A stretch of 64,000 nt of DNA, from assembly GCA_963664295.1 (NCBI GenBank), contig OY760935.1, positions 736,001-800,000 of the forward strand, written 5' to 3'. Each line of letters starts with the position of its first letter. Position 1 is the first letter of the stretch. Position numbers and translations under genes: made by a program. The notes under the pieces are model-generated. The model had not been told where the DNA came from. It saw only the letters and a list, made by a program, of their open reading frames with translations, and did not search any database. This document shows positions 28,387 to 38,814 of this stretch, piece after piece. Source of the stretch: Candidatus Altimarinota bacterium (GTDB taxonomy: Bacteria; Patescibacteriota; Gracilibacteria; CAIRYL01; GCA-016699755).

Positions 28387-29571
28387 CTAGTCTTCCTCTT
28401 TCACCGTAATCATTTCTGCCATTTTCTTCGCTTTTTCTCTGGCTTTTTCCACAGTATCCGCATAAGCCAAACAAACTCCCATTCTGCGACCTGGTCTTGT
28501 AAATGGCTTACCAAAAAGACGAACCTTACTGTCTGGCATTTTCATAGCTTCTTCCACTCCTTCAAAACTAATTTTATTTTTTGAATTCTTTCCACTCAAA
28601 ACAACATAACTAGCACTTGGTCGTGCTGGCTTAATTTCATTTATCGATAAGCCTAAAATAGCACGAACATGAAGCTCAAACTGACTCATATCCTGAGAAA
28701 TCATAGTCACCATACCAGTATCATGCGGTCTTGGAGAAATTTCAGAAAAATAAACCTCCTCACCTTTTATAAAAAGCTCACAACCAAAAATCCCATATCC
28801 ACCAAGCTCATCAACAACTTTTCTGCCAATATCATGGCATTTTTCAACAACTTGAGGCGAATATTGCTGTGGTTGCCATGATTCATGATAATCACCACCA
28901 ACTTGCCTATGCCCAACAGGATCACAAAAATAAACTCCTTCCCGACTACGCACAGTTAATAAAGTAATTTCACTATCAAAATTAACAAATTCCTCAATAA
29001 TTACTTTTTCTGATTTTCCACGAGAACCTTCAATCGCATATTTCCAGGCTTTTTCAATATCTTCCTCTGTTTTTATTGTGCTTTGACCTTTGCCGGATGA
29101 AGACTGAATTGGCTTAATCACACAAGGAATACCTATTTTTTCAACACCTGCTTTAAATTCTTCTAAATTACTTGCAAATTCATATTTTGCAGTTAATAAG
29201 CCCAGTTCTTCTGAAGCTAATCTGCGAATACCCTCTCTATTCATAGTCAAATTTGTCGCTCTGGCAGTAGGCACAACATTATAACCTTCTTTTTCTAGTT
29301 CTAATAAATAAGCAGTATTAATAGCTTCAACTTCCGGCACAATCCAATCAGGCTGAAATTCCTCCACAAGCGCTTTTAATTGCTCTTCGTTTTGCATATC
29401 TATTGTGCGAGCATGGTGAGCAACCTGCATTGCCGGTGCATTTTCATAATTATCCACAGCAATTGTTTCCACACCAAAACGCTGTGCCTCAATAACAACC
29501 TCTTTTCCAAGCTCACCAGAGCCAAGTAAAAGTAATTTTTTTGAGGTTTCTGAATAAGGAGTGCCGAGCAT
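28387..29571 (-). CDS. purT: Formate-dependent phosphoribosylglycinamide formyltransferase
   Basis: LLGSGELGKE, APAMQVA, SSSGKGQS, SPRPHDTG, RRMGV. Confidence 0.97.
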   Translation of the reverse strand: MLGTPYSETSKKLLLLGSGELGKEVVIEAQRFGVETIAVDNYENAPAMQVAHHARTIDMQNEEQLKALVEEFQPDWIVPEVEAINTAYLLELEKEGYNVVPTARATNLTMNREGIRRLASEELGLLTAKYEFASNLEEFKAGVEKIGIPCVIKPIQSSSGKGQSTIKTEEDIEKAWKYAIEGSRGKSEKVIIEEFVNFDSEITLLTVRSREGVYFCDPVGHRQVGGDYHESWQPQQYSPQVVEKCHDIGRKVVDELGGYGIFGCELFIKGEEVYFSEISPRPHDTGMVTMISQDMSQFELHVRAILGLSINEIKPARPSASYVVLSGKNSKNKISFEGVEEAMKMPDSKVRLFGKPFTRPGRRMGVCLAYADTVEKAREKAKKMAEMITVKEED

Positions 29572-29629
29572 GTTAAGTTAAAAAAGTTGTCCCTATCTTA
29601 AGGAAAACAATTTTTTTGAGCAAGTTTTT

Positions 29630-31825
29630 TTAATTCCCAATTTGATTAAAAATTGAACTAGTAGAACTGCTTTCACCTAAATCAATCCAACAAATTTCCA
29701 TGCCATTATCACCACTAGTCCCATAATCTTGCCAACAAATATCATCATCACCAGGCGCACTTCCGTTGATATCCAAATCAAAACTAACTCTATCACTAGC
29801 TTGAGAACCTTCAATATCAACTTCTATAGTGATTGTATCTCCGCTTGATGAAATGCTTAAAGGAGTAGAAAAATCAATATTAACATTAGAATTACAAAGA
29901 TTAAATCCACTCACAGAACCCAAAAAATTATTAGCCTGATAAACTCCAATTTTTGTTATCTTTAAGCCACTTCCGTCATCATCACTACAAGCAAGATAAG
30001 TATCTTGAATACCTGTAAATTTTGCATTACCAACACCAGAAGAAACTAGATCAAAAGCCAAAATCTCCTGCCTTGTACCATCAAAAACACTCTCTGCCTG
30101 ATCAGAGCTCAAACTAGCACTTACTTTGTTATTAAAAACATAGATATTATTAACATCATTATCACCAAACAAATCAGAGCAAGAATAATCAGCGCTAGAG
30201 GTAGCACCATCAATATCACACAAGCTATTGTCAGTCGGAAAACCTATTACAAAAGCCATACCTGAACGAGCAATATCAACTTCACTAATTTGATTTACAG
30301 AAACATAAAGCAATAAACTCATATCTTTTTTCCTTTCAATAACAAAATCAAGATTATCAAAAGTAATCAAGTTATTAACAACTGACTCAGTTTCAGCAAC
30401 AGAGCCATTTTTTGTCAAAACAGGAGTATTATCCGCATAATACAAACTGGCAGACTTAATAGCATTAAAATCATCAGAAATATCTAGATCAGAGCCATTA
30501 TAAACACCAGCAGTATCAAGCTCATCAACTATCAAAGTTATTTTATTAACATTCAAAGACTCAATATTTCCCACTAAATCAACAGAAGCCACAAAAATAT
30601 CTTCTTCACCGCCTAAAACAATTTTTGAGGCAGGTGATTCAACCATTCTATACCTATCAGATGCATAATCACTAGTATCTAAACAATATTTAGAGCCATC
30701 AATAGAACTAAGCTCAAAATTAAGCATATCCGCAGAACCATCAAAGCCAACACCATCAGGACTTAAAGAAAAATAAATACACTTTTTTTCTGCAGAAGAA
30801 AGGTGTTCACCGGCAACAAAATCCGCACGAAGAATTAAGTCAACACTTGTACCCGCCACCACATCAATTCCCTGCTCAAACTCAAAATAAACCTGATTAT
30901 TCTCCAAGCGCACACCACTTTTCACCAAACCTATCTTGCCAGCAACAATTTTATATAAAGAAAAATCTTCAACACTGCGAAAACCTCCATTGGTATCCTG
31001 AACCTCAAACAAAAAACTATTCACCACAAAATCTCTTTCTTCCGCAACAAGACTAGCTTTCCAGATTTCCAATTCGTTTTGCGGATCAGAAAGAATAATC
31101 TCTGACGCCTTTTCACCCTGCAAAACTTTTAATTTCTCATCTTTCAAAATGATAACATTATCGTCATTAGTGCCATTATCACCATTATCTTGACCTAAAA
31201 ATTCATTTTTCAGCTCATTAGTGAATTTCTGATTATTATTAGCTTGCACAACAATAAGCCTAAAAATATTTTCCGCCACTCCTTTCCTTTTAATTTTGTC
31301 TCCAGGATAGAAAAAATCACCACTTTCCTCTAAAAGCCCCAATTCCTCCGCCCGCACAACATAAGGAGCAAACCACTGATCACCAGAAACATCATCAAAA
31401 GCAGACTCATCATCACTAACACCAACATTATTAACCTCCAAAATCATTTTAATTGCCTCCACTTTAGAAACATAATCAGCAGGACGAAAATAGCCGTCAG
31501 AATAACCATTCACCCAACCCTGATTCTTCGCATAACAAACATAAGGAGCAAACCACTCAATGCCAACATCAGGAAAACAATCTTTATAATTATCAACACT
31601 AGGTGAAACACCCTTTGCTTCTAGTAAAATTTTCAATAACTCAGCCCGATTGATATTATTGTCAGGCTTAAAAGTGCCATCACTATAACCATTGATCACA
31701 TTTTGCTCCTGCAAATAATCAATCGCATCTTTATTTTTATCATCAGAAGCAAGATCAGAAAAATCCGCACTCACCAAAGGCAAAAAAAGTGCAAAAGCAA
31801 TTAAAAAAAATAATTTTTGTTTCAT
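29630..31825 (-). CDS. S-layer homology (SLH) domain surface protein
   Basis: Signal peptide; GYSDGTFKPDNNINRAE-type SLH repeats (x3). Confidence 0.92.
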   Translation of the reverse strand: MKQKLFFLIAFALFLPLVSADFSDLASDDKNKDAIDYLQEQNVINGYSDGTFKPDNNINRAELLKILLEAKGVSPSVDNYKDCFPDVGIEWFAPYVCYAKNQGWVNGYSDGYFRPADYVSKVEAIKMILEVNNVGVSDDESAFDDVSGDQWFAPYVVRAEELGLLEESGDFFYPGDKIKRKGVAENIFRLIVVQANNNQKFTNELKNEFLGQDNGDNGTNDDNVIILKDEKLKVLQGEKASEIILSDPQNELEIWKASLVAEERDFVVNSFLFEVQDTNGGFRSVEDFSLYKIVAGKIGLVKSGVRLENNQVYFEFEQGIDVVAGTSVDLILRADFVAGEHLSSAEKKCIYFSLSPDGVGFDGSADMLNFELSSIDGSKYCLDTSDYASDRYRMVESPASKIVLGGEEDIFVASVDLVGNIESLNVNKITLIVDELDTAGVYNGSDLDISDDFNAIKSASLYYADNTPVLTKNGSVAETESVVNNLITFDNLDFVIERKKDMSLLLYVSVNQISEVDIARSGMAFVIGFPTDNSLCDIDGATSSADYSCSDLFGDNDVNNIYVFNNKVSASLSSDQAESVFDGTRQEILAFDLVSSGVGNAKFTGIQDTYLACSDDDGSGLKITKIGVYQANNFLGSVSGFNLCNSNVNIDFSTPLSISSSGDTITIEVDIEGSQASDRVSFDLDINGSAPGDDDICWQDYGTSGDNGMEICWIDLGESSSTSSIFNQIGN

Positions 31826-31840
31826 ATTTTAAAAATAAAA

Positions 31841-32245
31841 TTACTCCTTAGTCACAATTCCATTAGCAATTTTAGCAATTCTCCATTCCTCATTCTCTTG
31901 CTCAAGAGTAAACAACAAAAAATTAAGCCCCTCTTCATGCCAACGAAAAGCTTTAGCACCTTCTTTTAAGGTAATTAAAAGCGCAACCTGATAAGCACTT
32001 TCTTCTTCCAGGAAAATAACTTCTTTCACCTCCACAGAATTAAGAGCAGAAAAATTAGCATGCCAAACCTGCATATAAACATCATCAACACTACTATGAG
32101 CCATCTCCAAAGCACTATCTAACTCACCTTTGTCAATCAAATCAAAAAATTTGTTAATAGTATCAGCTTCATCCGATTGAGAAGCGGAACAACCAGCAAA
32201 AACCAATAAAAATCCAACACAAGTCACAAACAAAAACTTTTTCAT
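31841..32245 (-). CDS. Putative lipoprotein
   Basis: MKKFLFVTCVGFLLVFAGC lipobox; ATG at 32245. Confidence 0.75.
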   Translation of the reverse strand: MKKFLFVTCVGFLLVFAGCSASQSDEADTINKFFDLIDKGELDSALEMAHSSVDDVYMQVWHANFSALNSVEVKEVIFLEEESAYQVALLITLKEGAKAFRWHEEGLNFLLFTLEQENEEWRIAKIANGIVTKE

Positions 32246-32348
32246 AAACAATAAAAAATTTAATTTCTTTGTACATTGTAGCAAAAAAATTAAATTTCAT
32301 ATAAATTTAATGCTTTATTTGAAAAAAAATTAAATAATTACAAAGTTT

Positions 32349-33392
32349 TTAATTATTCTCATCTAATATTTTATTCAATCTTCTTATGGTTTCAGAAATC
32401 ATTCTATTGCTTGTTCCTCCTAATGTAACCTCTTCCGTAGTCCCATCTTTTCTATATGCTGTTATTCTTGTTGCTTTAAATTCTCTACTGCTTCCTGAAA
32501 TCTTAAGTGGAATTTTTTCCACAGTCACATCACTAACTTCAGGATTATCTTTTAAAAGAACTCTTAATTGATTTAAAACTGGACCATCAGGTAATCCTGT
32601 GATATTAATTTCATGTTGCAAGTTTGTTGAAGATTTGTCTTCTAATCTTTCTTCGTTTTCTTCTTCAAAATCAGGCTTATTCTCATCTAATATTTTATTC
32701 AATCTTCTTATGGTTTCAGAAATCATTCTATTGCTTGTTCCTCCTAATGTAACCTCTTCCGTAGTCCCATCTTTTCTATATGCTGTTATTCTTGTTGCTT
32801 TAAATTCTCTACTGCTTCCTGAAATCTTAAGTGGAATTTTTTCCACAGTCACATCACTAACTTCAGGATTATCTTTTAAAAGAACTCTTAATTGATTTAA
32901 AACTGGACCATCAGGTAATCCTGTGATATTAATTTCATGTTGCAAGTTTGTTGAAGATTTGTCTTCTAATCTTTCTTCGTTTTCTTCTTCAAAATCAGGC
33001 TTATTCTCATCTAATATTTTATTCAATCTTCTTATGGTTTCAGAAATCATTCTATTGCTTGTTCCTCCTAATGTAACTTCTTCCGTAGTCCCATCTTTTC
33101 TATATGCTGTTATTCTTGTTGCTTTAAATTCTCTACTGCTTCCTGAAATCTTAAGTGGAATTTCTTCCACAGTCACATCACTAACTTCAGGATTATCTTT
33201 TAAAACAGCTCTTAATTGATTTAAAACTGGACCATCAGGTAATCCTGTGATATTAATTTTATGTTTCAAGTTTTCCAATCTTTCTCTGCTACTTGCCTCA
33301 GTGGTTTCTTGTTTTTTTGATAAATTTTCTAAAAACACCAAACGATTTTCTTTGTTGTTTATAAAATCTGTATATTTAATTTGTTTTTTCAT
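32349..33392 (-). CDS. Hypothetical protein made of three 108-aa tandem repeats
   Basis: ORF track; DNA period of 324 nt. Confidence 0.8.
   Translation of the reverse strand: MKKQIKYTDFINNKENRLVFLENLSKKQETTEASSRERLENLKHKINITGLPDGPVLNQLRAVLKDNPEVSDVTVEEIPLKISGSSREFKATRITAYRKDGTTEEVTLGGTSNRMISETIRRLNKILDENKPDFEEENEERLEDKSSTNLQHEINITGLPDGPVLNQLRVLLKDNPEVSDVTVEKIPLKISGSSREFKATRITAYRKDGTTEEVTLGGTSNRMISETIRRLNKILDENKPDFEEENEERLEDKSSTNLQHEINITGLPDGPVLNQLRVLLKDNPEVSDVTVEKIPLKISGSSREFKATRITAYRKDGTTEEVTLGGTSNRMISETIRRLNKILDENN
32353..33273. repeat. About 2.8 near-identical 324-bp tandem repeats (starting 32353, 32677, 33001)
   Basis: Direct comparison; only a few substitutions, concentrated in the 33001 copy. 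Confidence 0.95.
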
Positions 33393-33486
33393 TTTTATTA
33401 TTAAAAATCTTTTTATTATACATTATTTCTAAAAATAAAGCAAGTAAACCTATTAAATTTAAAAAACCACCACTTTGTGGTGAGCT

Positions 33487-34746
33487 TTGTATGGTACCCC
33501 CTAACAGACGAAATTCGAGCTGAGATTTATATATTTAGTGAGAGAGTGAAGAATTTTAAGGAGAATGTGCAATACTCAAAAACTTGCATTCACAGCTCTT
33601 GCAATAATCTCTTCTAGATGCTCTTTGTCTTCATAAAAATTAATTTTATATTGAGAAGTGTAAAATTCAATAGACTCCTTTTCCTTTTTTAATTCTTCTT
33701 TATATTCAACACTTGCCACAAATATAATTTCTATACCTAATCCCATAGTAAAACCTGCTTCAACAAAAACGCTTGGTCTTTGCCCTGTTAAGTCAACTAC
33801 AACAAAACGGCTTTTACGAATTTCACCAAAAGCTTTATCAAGGATAGTTTCAGAATATTGTTTTTCTTTAATGCAAATTGCTTTATAGCCTTTTTCTTTA
33901 TTCCTTTCTATGCCTCGTTCGATTGCTTTTATAAATTGATCATGATCATCATGAAATCGACAAGCTATAAATACTTGTTTTGACTCTTTGTTTTTTTGTT
34001 TCAACTCTTCAACCTTTTGCCAACCTTCCACGGAAAGTCTTACTCCTTTTCCTACACTTAAAGGTGCATTATCAAATGTTTCTAAATATCCAAGTTTAAT
34101 TACAGATTGAATTATAAATAAAAAATCATCTTTATCTCTTGAATAGCTCAAAGGATATTCATTAGGTGGATCTATCGGTCGATACTTACCTTTTTTGTTT
34201 TTAGTTAAATTTCCAAAATTTTCTATAAATTTATCAATTTGTTGTATAGGATTTTCAGGAATAAATACTGTTTGCAATAATTCATCAATCGTAAAATTAG
34301 TTTTTTCTTCTTCTTTAGGTGTTGATCCTGAAAGTAAAATTATATGATTGTCATTATTTATTGTTCTTTGTTTTAAAATGCCTGAAATAATATGTCTATT
34401 TTCATCATTAACACCTGTTTTGTCGTCAAAAAACTCTCTTGTTGCGGAATATTTTCCACAAACAGGACAATTGAATTTATGGATTAAGTTTTCAGGCCTT
34501 ATTACTACATTAGAACTGCGATTACAGATAGGACATGGTAAAATATTTGGTTCGTTCATTTTAAACTAAAATTAAGTATTTATAATTAAACCATAATTGT
34601 AATTTATAACAAGAAAATATAGCATTTAATTGAAAAAATGTTCAAACTTTGTCCTGTGCGCCCCTCGCACATAAAATCACTAAATTCGAACCTAAAAAAT
34701 CACTTAAATAAAGCATTTATAAGGTTTTCGTCTTGTATGGTACCCC
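33487..34746. mobile_element. tRNA-Arg-anchored islet bounded by the 14-bp direct repeat TTGTATGGTACCCC
   Basis: Repeat at 33487-33500 and 34733-34746 (covers the tRNA 3' end); one AT-rich gene inside; no integrase. Confidence 0.6.
33576..34559 (-). CDS. Zn-ribbon plus C-terminal TIR-like/nucleoside 2-deoxyribosyltransferase-like domain protein
   Basis: CPIC...CPVC; LSVEGW; QVFIACRF...EIRKSRFVVVDLTGQRPSVFVEAGFTMGLG matches the D-x(3-5)-P-x-V-x-x-E-x-G pattern. Confidence 0.75.
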   Translation of the reverse strand: MNEPNILPCPICNRSSNVVIRPENLIHKFNCPVCGKYSATREFFDDKTGVNDENRHIISGILKQRTINNDNHIILLSGSTPKEEEKTNFTIDELLQTVFIPENPIQQIDKFIENFGNLTKNKKGKYRPIDPPNEYPLSYSRDKDDFLFIIQSVIKLGYLETFDNAPLSVGKGVRLSVEGWQKVEELKQKNKESKQVFIACRFHDDHDQFIKAIERGIERNKEKGYKAICIKEKQYSETILDKAFGEIRKSRFVVVDLTGQRPSVFVEAGFTMGLGIEIIFVASVEYKEELKKEKESIEFYTSQYKINFYEDKEHLEEIIARAVNASF

Positions 34747-34814
34747 GGACAGGATTCGAACCTGTGACCTTCGCCTTAGAAGGGCGCTGCTCTATCCAGC
34801 TGAGCTACCGGGGC
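34738..34814 (-). tRNA. tRNA-Arg (anticodon TCT)
   Basis: GCCCCGGTAGCTCAGCTGGATAGAGC...CTTCTAA loop...GGTTCGAATCC...GGGGTACCA. Confidence 0.96.
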
Positions 34815-34900
34815 AAAACACTACGCCATTTTGTCTTTTTTTTATAATTTAGTCAACATTAAGGCTGTACTTTTTTCCCTAAATTCGCCATAATCTACGT

Positions 34901-35575
34901 ATGGTTGAAGAATTTGAATTATTTGGCGCCTCACCCCAAGGCAAAGAAAAAACCGGCGAATCTCAAGAAAAATTTCAAGAAAGATACAGGCAAGCCCAAT
35001 CCGCAATTCAACAAGTAAAAAAAGAGGAAAAAAAGAAAAAACAAGATGATGATTTATTGGCGGATATTGTTATTCAATTTTTAAACGAACCTCAACACAC
35101 AAAACATTTTCTTTTAATTTCCCGCTTAGTAGCGCGCAATATGCCATCTGACATTATTATTGCCATCATTGCACTTATTTTTGAGCCTGCCAGAGTTCAT
35201 ATTGAACAAAAATTTGGCGAATCAAATCTAAAACTAGAAGCACCAAAAGAAGCTAATTTTTCAGATAGTGCAAAAACCGCAATCAATTCATGGCTAGGCG
35301 GTATAAACAATGTCGCCACAGTAGAACCACATAGAATTTTGGAAACTGGCCTAGACCACGAACAAAAAATCTATTTTGGCTTAGTACAGTTCACAACAAT
35401 TTGTTTACAAGAATTTTTAGAAAATCAAAAAAACGAAGAGATTAATTTTGATAATATTCAAAATTTTTGTAGTGCTTTTTGGCAAAACCTCTTTACTCGC
35501 ATAGCTGATCAAACTGAAAACCAAACTCTAATCGACAATCCAGAAAATAGCCCTGAAGATCAATCAACACTATGA
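34901..35575 (+). CDS. Hypothetical protein
   Basis: 224-aa ORF, charged N-terminus. Confidence 0.75.
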   Translation: MVEEFELFGASPQGKEKTGESQEKFQERYRQAQSAIQQVKKEEKKKKQDDDLLADIVIQFLNEPQHTKHFLLISRLVARNMPSDIIIAIIALIFEPARVHIEQKFGESNLKLEAPKEANFSDSAKTAINSWLGGINNVATVEPHRILETGLDHEQKIYFGLVQFTTICLQEFLENQKNEEINFDNIQNFCSAFWQNLFTRIADQTENQTLIDNPENSPEDQSTL

Positions 35576-36043
35576 TTCTTTAATTTCTTCAAATAAATTA
35601 AGCTGATTAACAAGCGCTATAGCCAGCTCTTCCCCTTTTTGCATACGCGCAATGGCTTGTTCTGTTGTGTTGCAAGTTAATACCCCAAAAATCACTGGAA
35701 TATTGTATTTTAAATTTAAATCCATTATTCCGCGTGTACATTCTGCACAAATATAATCAAAATGTGGTGTTTCTCCGCGAATTACTGCTCCAAGGGTAAT
35801 AACTCCATCAAACTCCCCTGTTTCTATCAACTTTTTTGCTATAAATGGTATTTCAAATGCACCAGAAACATGAGAGACTGCTATATTTTCCGGGTTTATC
35901 TTACATTTTTTAAGTGCCTTAAAACAATTATCAAGTAATTGTTCGGTAATTTCTTCATTAAAATCAGAAACTACAATTGCCACTTGATAATTTTTTTCTG
36001 CTTTTGGATAGGCAGAAAAAGAAAAAATCGCCATATAAATCAA
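35570..36043 (-). CDS. ribH: 6,7-dimethyl-8-ribityllumazine synthase
   Basis: AIVVSDFN, VSGAFEIP, LGAVIRGETPHFDYI, PVIFGVLT. Confidence 0.96.
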   Translation of the reverse strand: MIYMAIFSFSAYPKAEKNYQVAIVVSDFNEEITEQLLDNCFKALKKCKINPENIAVSHVSGAFEIPFIAKKLIETGEFDGVITLGAVIRGETPHFDYICAECTRGIMDLNLKYNIPVIFGVLTCNTTEQAIARMQKGEELAIALVNQLNLFEEIKES

Positions 36044-36071
36044 TAATAAGTGATTTTATTTTGTCATTTTA

Positions 36072-38699
36072 TCAGCTATCTGACAACACTTGTTCTATTG
36101 TTCCATGCACTTTTACATAATGAGTTGTAATAATGCCTTGAATTTCTGGATCCAAAAGGTCTAAATGGGACAATCTGTGATCTTGGCTTTTTTCTAGGGC
36201 AATAAAAAACCCTGGCCTTACTTCCAAAAGATTTTCTCTTATGCGTGCTCTTATTCCTTCCTTTTTTTCTTTAGCACATTTTCCATATATGCCATTTACA
36301 TGATCCTTCCCTCTTTTAATAGCTGTGTATTGCTCTTTGTATTGCTCAGGATTTTTTTCAAGCTCTTCTGCGCTAATATCAGGATTTTGTTTCAAAAATT
36401 CTTTTTTTTGTAAATCTTCTAAAATTTTTGCCTTTTTAGCTACTGGGTCTGTTGAAAGATCAAATGCGCGCTCTTCAAGTTTTTGCAATTGTGCTTCAGA
36501 AATTCCCTTAAATTCACGAGCTATAGCATTTGCAACCTGACAAGCCTCATAAATAGCATGGTGGGCAAGCCCTGTCTCATTTGTATTTCCAACAAGAACA
36601 ATTTGTATTTCATAACTAACTCCTTCCAAAGTTTCACCTACTATTTTCATATCTTGAAAAAATTCATATTTTGTAGCATCTGTATGTTCAAATCCAGCAA
36701 ATCCTAACTGAAGCATTTCTATTTCACGATCATCTTCTTCGTCAGAAGTAAAAACGTTTTTACTCCTAAATTTAATCGAGTCTCTTCGGCTTGTGCTTTT
36801 CAGCTTTCCTCCTTCTCTCATTAAATATCTAACAAAATTCAAAGCACTTTCCATATCAGGAACCTCAGATCTAATACCCATAAAATCAGTCACTAAATTA
36901 GTGGCAAGTGCTTTTGGCTTATTTAACATTTTTAAAGCAATTCTAATTGTATCCTTATCGCGAGATGTAACTTCACCATGAGTTAATACCTTATTTTCTT
37001 CATTATCATACCTGTTTGCAAATTTCCGCATAACAAAACTATGATCTTCCATGCCTAAATAGTCTCTTGCTTTTGCTTTAATCTCTCCTAATGCCTCTGG
37101 TGTCATTCTTAAGGAGGCTTCTTTAGCAATAGCCCTCTTAACTGCCTTTTGTATCTGATTTTCATCAATATCCGGATTATCTTTCCTTACTCTTTTTTCA
37201 ATTTCTTGCATATCTTCGTTACTCAAAATTGCATTAGCAATTAAAATCAGTCTATCTGTCACAGATTTTTGCTCGGCTTCCTCACGCAATTCGCTCATAA
37301 TTCTTTTTCTTTTTTCACCATCACTTTCTCTTGCCTCAAAGGTTCGCCATTTGTCATGACCACCTTCTTTTTTTTGTACTTTTTTGCTTTTTTTCAACTT
37401 ATCTGCATCTTCTTTTTCTTGAATTGTAATCCCTGAATCATAATCCAAAATTCCAGCCTCAAAATCCGGCATATGTTCCCTTAATTCCTCAAACTTACCT
37501 GCTTCTAATGAAGCAATAATGTGTCTAATAAAAGATTTTCCTGCATCACCTGGCTGATCTTTGCATTCAAAACCTTTTGTTTTAAGAGTCCACAAAAAAC
37601 ATTCTATTAATTTTACCTTTTGCTCAAGTGGAACATCTGGACTTACCAACTGATGTAAGCGTTTTTTTAAGTCAGATTCCCAAGGCATGTCCAATAAACA
37701 AACATCTTTCCATAAAACAGAGGCTGTTTGAAGAGCTCTGGTAAATTTACCTATATTTTCCTTTTGAATAAGTTTCTCAATATTATTGATATCTAATTCA
37801 TCTGCACTTTTTGCAAGTTTTACACCATTTTTTAAGTTAAAAATCATAAAATTAGCCTCTTGCTCAAAAATACTAATAAATTTTTCTACCAATGAACGAT
37901 CAAAGTTTCTTAATATTTCATTTTTTAAACATTTTGCTCTGACAAGGTCATTAATCTCATTTAACAATTCTTTATTTTGCATTTTTGGATACTTTTTAAT
38001 AAGCCTAGCCATGGCCTCAACCACTTCTTCAACAAAAATTTGTAGCCTGCGTTGACGCTCTTTTGGCTTTAATATTGCAAAAACAGAATCTTTGCCTAAA
38101 AGAACTTTGCTGTTCTGAGATATAAATTTCAATATAGACCCACTGCGACTTGTAATAGCGTAAGTAGCTCTATTGATTTCATTTCTCATTTTAACTTCCT
38201 CTTTTGGATCTTTTTTTGCTTGCTCAACAATGCTAGCAATTTCCTCTTTAATAAATCTTCTAAGAGCAAATTCTTTCTCCTGTGTTAAGCAGTCCAAATT
38301 ATCATCTTTACAAATTGCATTTATAACATTATCAACCTCTATTTCTGTCACGCCATTATTTGCTCTTAAAACATTATCTACAGCACTTAAAATGGCATCT
38401 TGAACAATTTCTGATTGTTTTCTTTCTTGCTTTTTTGTGTTTACTAAATCTTGTTTTTTGCAACTTGTTCCATTTCTCAAATACCCCAAAAGACCTAAAA
38501 CTTTATCAGCTGTATGCCCGCCAATATAAGAAACTGCATTTGAGCCAGAAAAAAACATACCTACAGACTCTTTATTAGCACCAAAATCAAAATCATTACT
38601 ATCAATAGGTGTCACCACTGTTTCAGTTGTATCAACAGGAACACCTTTAGAAATATGCTCTATAAGCTCTGCCTTTGATTCTGGGTGACATTTTTGCAT
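36072..38699 (-). CDS. Large hypothetical protein with a divergent RelA/SpoT-like nucleotidyltransferase domain
   Basis: C-terminal SRDK...K, TDFMGIR, YEIQIV, HAIYE in the order of RSH synthetase motifs. Confidence 0.6.
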   Translation of the reverse strand: MQKCHPESKAELIEHISKGVPVDTTETVVTPIDSNDFDFGANKESVGMFFSGSNAVSYIGGHTADKVLGLLGYLRNGTSCKKQDLVNTKKQERKQSEIVQDAILSAVDNVLRANNGVTEIEVDNVINAICKDDNLDCLTQEKEFALRRFIKEEIASIVEQAKKDPKEEVKMRNEINRATYAITSRSGSILKFISQNSKVLLGKDSVFAILKPKERQRRLQIFVEEVVEAMARLIKKYPKMQNKELLNEINDLVRAKCLKNEILRNFDRSLVEKFISIFEQEANFMIFNLKNGVKLAKSADELDINNIEKLIQKENIGKFTRALQTASVLWKDVCLLDMPWESDLKKRLHQLVSPDVPLEQKVKLIECFLWTLKTKGFECKDQPGDAGKSFIRHIIASLEAGKFEELREHMPDFEAGILDYDSGITIQEKEDADKLKKSKKVQKKEGGHDKWRTFEARESDGEKRKRIMSELREEAEQKSVTDRLILIANAILSNEDMQEIEKRVRKDNPDIDENQIQKAVKRAIAKEASLRMTPEALGEIKAKARDYLGMEDHSFVMRKFANRYDNEENKVLTHGEVTSRDKDTIRIALKMLNKPKALATNLVTDFMGIRSEVPDMESALNFVRYLMREGGKLKSTSRRDSIKFRSKNVFTSDEEDDREIEMLQLGFAGFEHTDATKYEFFQDMKIVGETLEGVSYEIQIVLVGNTNETGLAHHAIYEACQVANAIAREFKGISEAQLQKLEERAFDLSTDPVAKKAKILEDLQKKEFLKQNPDISAEELEKNPEQYKEQYTAIKRGKDHVNGIYGKCAKEKKEGIRARIRENLLEVRPGFFIALEKSQDHRLSHLDLLDPEIQGIITTHYVKVHGTIEQVLSDS

Positions 38700-38814
38700 T
38701 TAGAAATTAGTTTTTAAATATATTATATTATTATAAAATATTTTTTAAAAAAAAACAAGGGAGTGTGTCTCTTTTATTGCGGGGAATTTAAGCTTAATTT
38801 TTTATTCCCCGAAT

